This document shows positions 62,239 through 64,000 of a stretch of 64,000 nucleotides of DNA, piece after piece. Under the pieces are notes generated by a model. It saw nothing but the letters and a program-made list of their open reading frames with translations. It did no database searches and was not told where the DNA came from. The translations under genes and the position numbers were made by a program. Location: assembly GCA_963788195.1 (NCBI GenBank), contig CAWBGA010000011.1:1-64000 (forward strand), in the 5' to 3' direction. The DNA is from Nitrospirota bacterium (lineage in GTDB: Bacteria; Nitrospirota; Nitrospiria; Nitrospirales; NS-4). Positions within the stretch are counted from its first letter, which is position 1. Each line of letters starts with the position of its first letter.

Positions 62239-62484
62239 GCGCTGACAGATTATAGCATGCTATGGGTTCGCACGCAGTTCCCGGCAGGTTTCAGGAAAGT
62301 CCTTCGACTCCATCCCTCTCCCCGCGAGTCAATATTATCACCTATCCTGATGCCGGCAGGCTTTGCCGTGTGAAAAGACCGCGCGCGAGCCAGCACCGAG
62401 GCTTGACAAGCCGGTTCCGGATCGACTACTCTCACCCCGCTTCACACCTGCTTTCGAAACTTAGTCATCGCGCCCGGAGGGTTC

Positions 62485-62580
62485 ATGTCGAGTGTCGTCA
62501 AGAAGCGTAAGAAGAAAATGCGGAAGCATAAGCACCGAAAACTTCGACGCCGCATGAAATTCGCCCGTCGCAAAGGCTGA
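62485..62580 (+). CDS. 31-aa basic protein, AURKAIP1/COX24 (bS22-like) family; absent from the ORF track
   Basis: GGAGG RBS; MSSVVKKRKKKMRKHKHRKLRRRMKFARRKG*. Confidence 0.85.
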   Translation: MSSVVKKRKKKMRKHKHRKLRRRMKFARRKG

Positions 62581-62646
62581 CAACGGTCCCGTAATTCAAA
62601 CACCAGATCGGTCATCACCTCCCGCATTCGTCCTGTGAAGGCCCCC

Positions 62647-64000
62647 ATGTCCCCGTTTCGTAGAGTCACAGTCTACCTACGGCCTTATGCTGGCCGGATG
62701 GCGGCTGCGATGTTTCTGGTGGTTGCGGTCGCAGGCATCAATCTGGGGATGCTCTGGGTCGTGCGCCGCCTGGTCGATACGGTGCTGGTCCAGCGGGATC
62801 CCTTGGCTCTCAATACGGCCGTCCTCCAGCTGAGCTTTCTCTTTCTCGCTCAGGGCCTCTTCGCCATGGGGCACAGCTATCTCACCGCGACAATCGGACT
62901 ACAGGTCGTGAGCGACCTGCGAACGCAGCTCTTTGCGCATCTACAGACTCTGTCATTGCCATTCTTCGCTCGGCGTCGGACCGGTGAATTAATGTCCCGC
63001 CTTACGAACGACGTCTCAGCGCTGCAGCATGTCCTGACTGAAGCCCCGATTGATTCGGCCAAGCAAGTCGTCACACTTGTCGGTGGCGTGACCATTCTCC
63101 TTCTGATGAACTGGAGGCTGTGTTTACTGATTTTGGTCTTGCTGCCGCTCATTGTACTCGTAGCGCGGTTTTTCGGGCGGCGCCTCAAAGCCCTCTCCAC
63201 AAATATACAAGATGAGACGGCGCACGTCTCGACGATTCTAGAAGAGGTCCTCTCGGCAATCCGCGTCGTGAAATCGTTTCTGCAAGAGCAGTACGAGCTC
63301 GCCCGCTTCACGGCGCAAGTCAAGCGAACCATGGACGTCGCGCTACGGCGAGCAGCGATCCTCGCAGTCTTCATCCCGACGATTACGTTCGTGACCTTCG
63401 CCGCCGCAGCAGGGGTGTTATGGTACGGCGGAACCCAGGTGATCCGCGGCGCGATGAGCCCGGGCGATCTTATTGCGTTTGTCCTGTACGCGGGTCTGCT
63501 GATTGGACCATTCGGTAGCTTCGCCCGTCTTTTCTCACAGGTCAAAGAGGCTCAGGGGTCACTCCAGCGCGTTTTTGAGATCCTTGATACCGCACCGGAT
63601 ATCTATGATAGCCCCACCGCACGCCCCCTTCCCCCTGTTCGCGGCGAAGTCGTGATGACCGGTGTGAGCTTCGCGTACGATCCCCGCACGCCGGTTCTCC
63701 TCGATGTTTCCTTTTCCGCGCAACCGGGCGAACTCGTGGCGATCGTCGGGCCGTCGGGTTCTGGCAAGACGACGTTGATCAATCTCGTGCATCGGTTCTA
63801 TGACCCCGTGGCTGGGTGCATCACAATCGACGGTCACGATCTGCGAGCCGTGACCCTCACAAGTTTTTACCGGCAGATCGGGTTGGTGCCTCAGGAGACA
63901 CATCTGTTCGGAGGGAGCATCCGGGATAACATTTTGTACGGCCGGCTCGATGCGACGCCGGATGAACTTCTGGCGGCTTCCATCGCCGCCAATGCGCACG
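62647..64000 (+). CDS. MsbA-like ABC exporter (TMD plus NBD), runs off the window; absent from the ORF track
   Basis: DLRTQLFAHLQ.L..FF..RTGELMSRLTND; Walker A GPSGSGKTT; Q-loop GLVPQE. Confidence 0.92.
   Translation, partial: MSPFRRVTVYLRPYAGRMAAAMFLVVAVAGINLGMLWVVRRLVDTVLVQRDPLALNTAVLQLSFLFLAQGLFAMGHSYLTATIGLQVVSDLRTQLFAHLQTLSLPFFARRRTGELMSRLTNDVSALQHVLTEAPIDSAKQVVTLVGGVTILLLMNWRLCLLILVLLPLIVLVARFFGRRLKALSTNIQDETAHVSTILEEVLSAIRVVKSFLQEQYELARFTAQVKRTMDVALRRAAILAVFIPTITFVTFAAAAGVLWYGGTQVIRGAMSPGDLIAFVLYAGLLIGPFGSFARLFSQVKEAQGSLQRVFEILDTAPDIYDSPTARPLPPVRGEVVMTGVSFAYDPRTPVLLDVSFSAQPGELVAIVGPSGSGKTTLINLVHRFYDPVAGCITIDGHDLRAVTLTSFYRQIGLVPQETHLFGGSIRDNILYGRLDATPDELLAASIAANAH

Noticed and set aside
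60620..63999. Long shadow ORFs (60620-61822 +, 62877-63545 -, 63559-63999 -)
   Set aside because: Antisense to nadB and the ABC exporter

Overview
Bacterial chromosomal window, probably Nitrospirota. This is inferred from gene content and order (F0-only atp cluster, zapB-zapA-6S-rny-ymdB-xseA/B-tlyA), not from a marker gene. Many genes, including housekeeping ones, carry frameshifts, so the assembly probably has indel errors. The region from about 18.7 kb to the end is mostly housekeeping. The accessory region 1-16.6 kb is a co-directional cluster of exported proteins around a signal-peptide/WD40/Ig/SH3/caspase (peptidase C14) protein. Most of these neighbours share a short linker motif [VI]-x-x-R-[GA]-[VILTG], which resembles the protease's own SRRAV and DTRGV linkers. 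Three of them share an unnamed ~100-aa N-terminal domain ending at that motif. Two are conserved-leader/variable Cys-rich-core paralogs, one is a tachylectin multidomain protein, and one is a PIPY mini-protein. I propose, as inference, an extracytoplasmic Arg-specific caspase processing system with a swappable substrate cassette. Other notable items: an orphan copy of the caspase 3' end, a TIR island bracketed by a duplicated Rieske promoter/5' end, an IS3 remnant inside 12-bp inverted repeats, a dispersed intergenic repeat family with covarying hairpins, a 6S RNA and a DUF692 enzyme.
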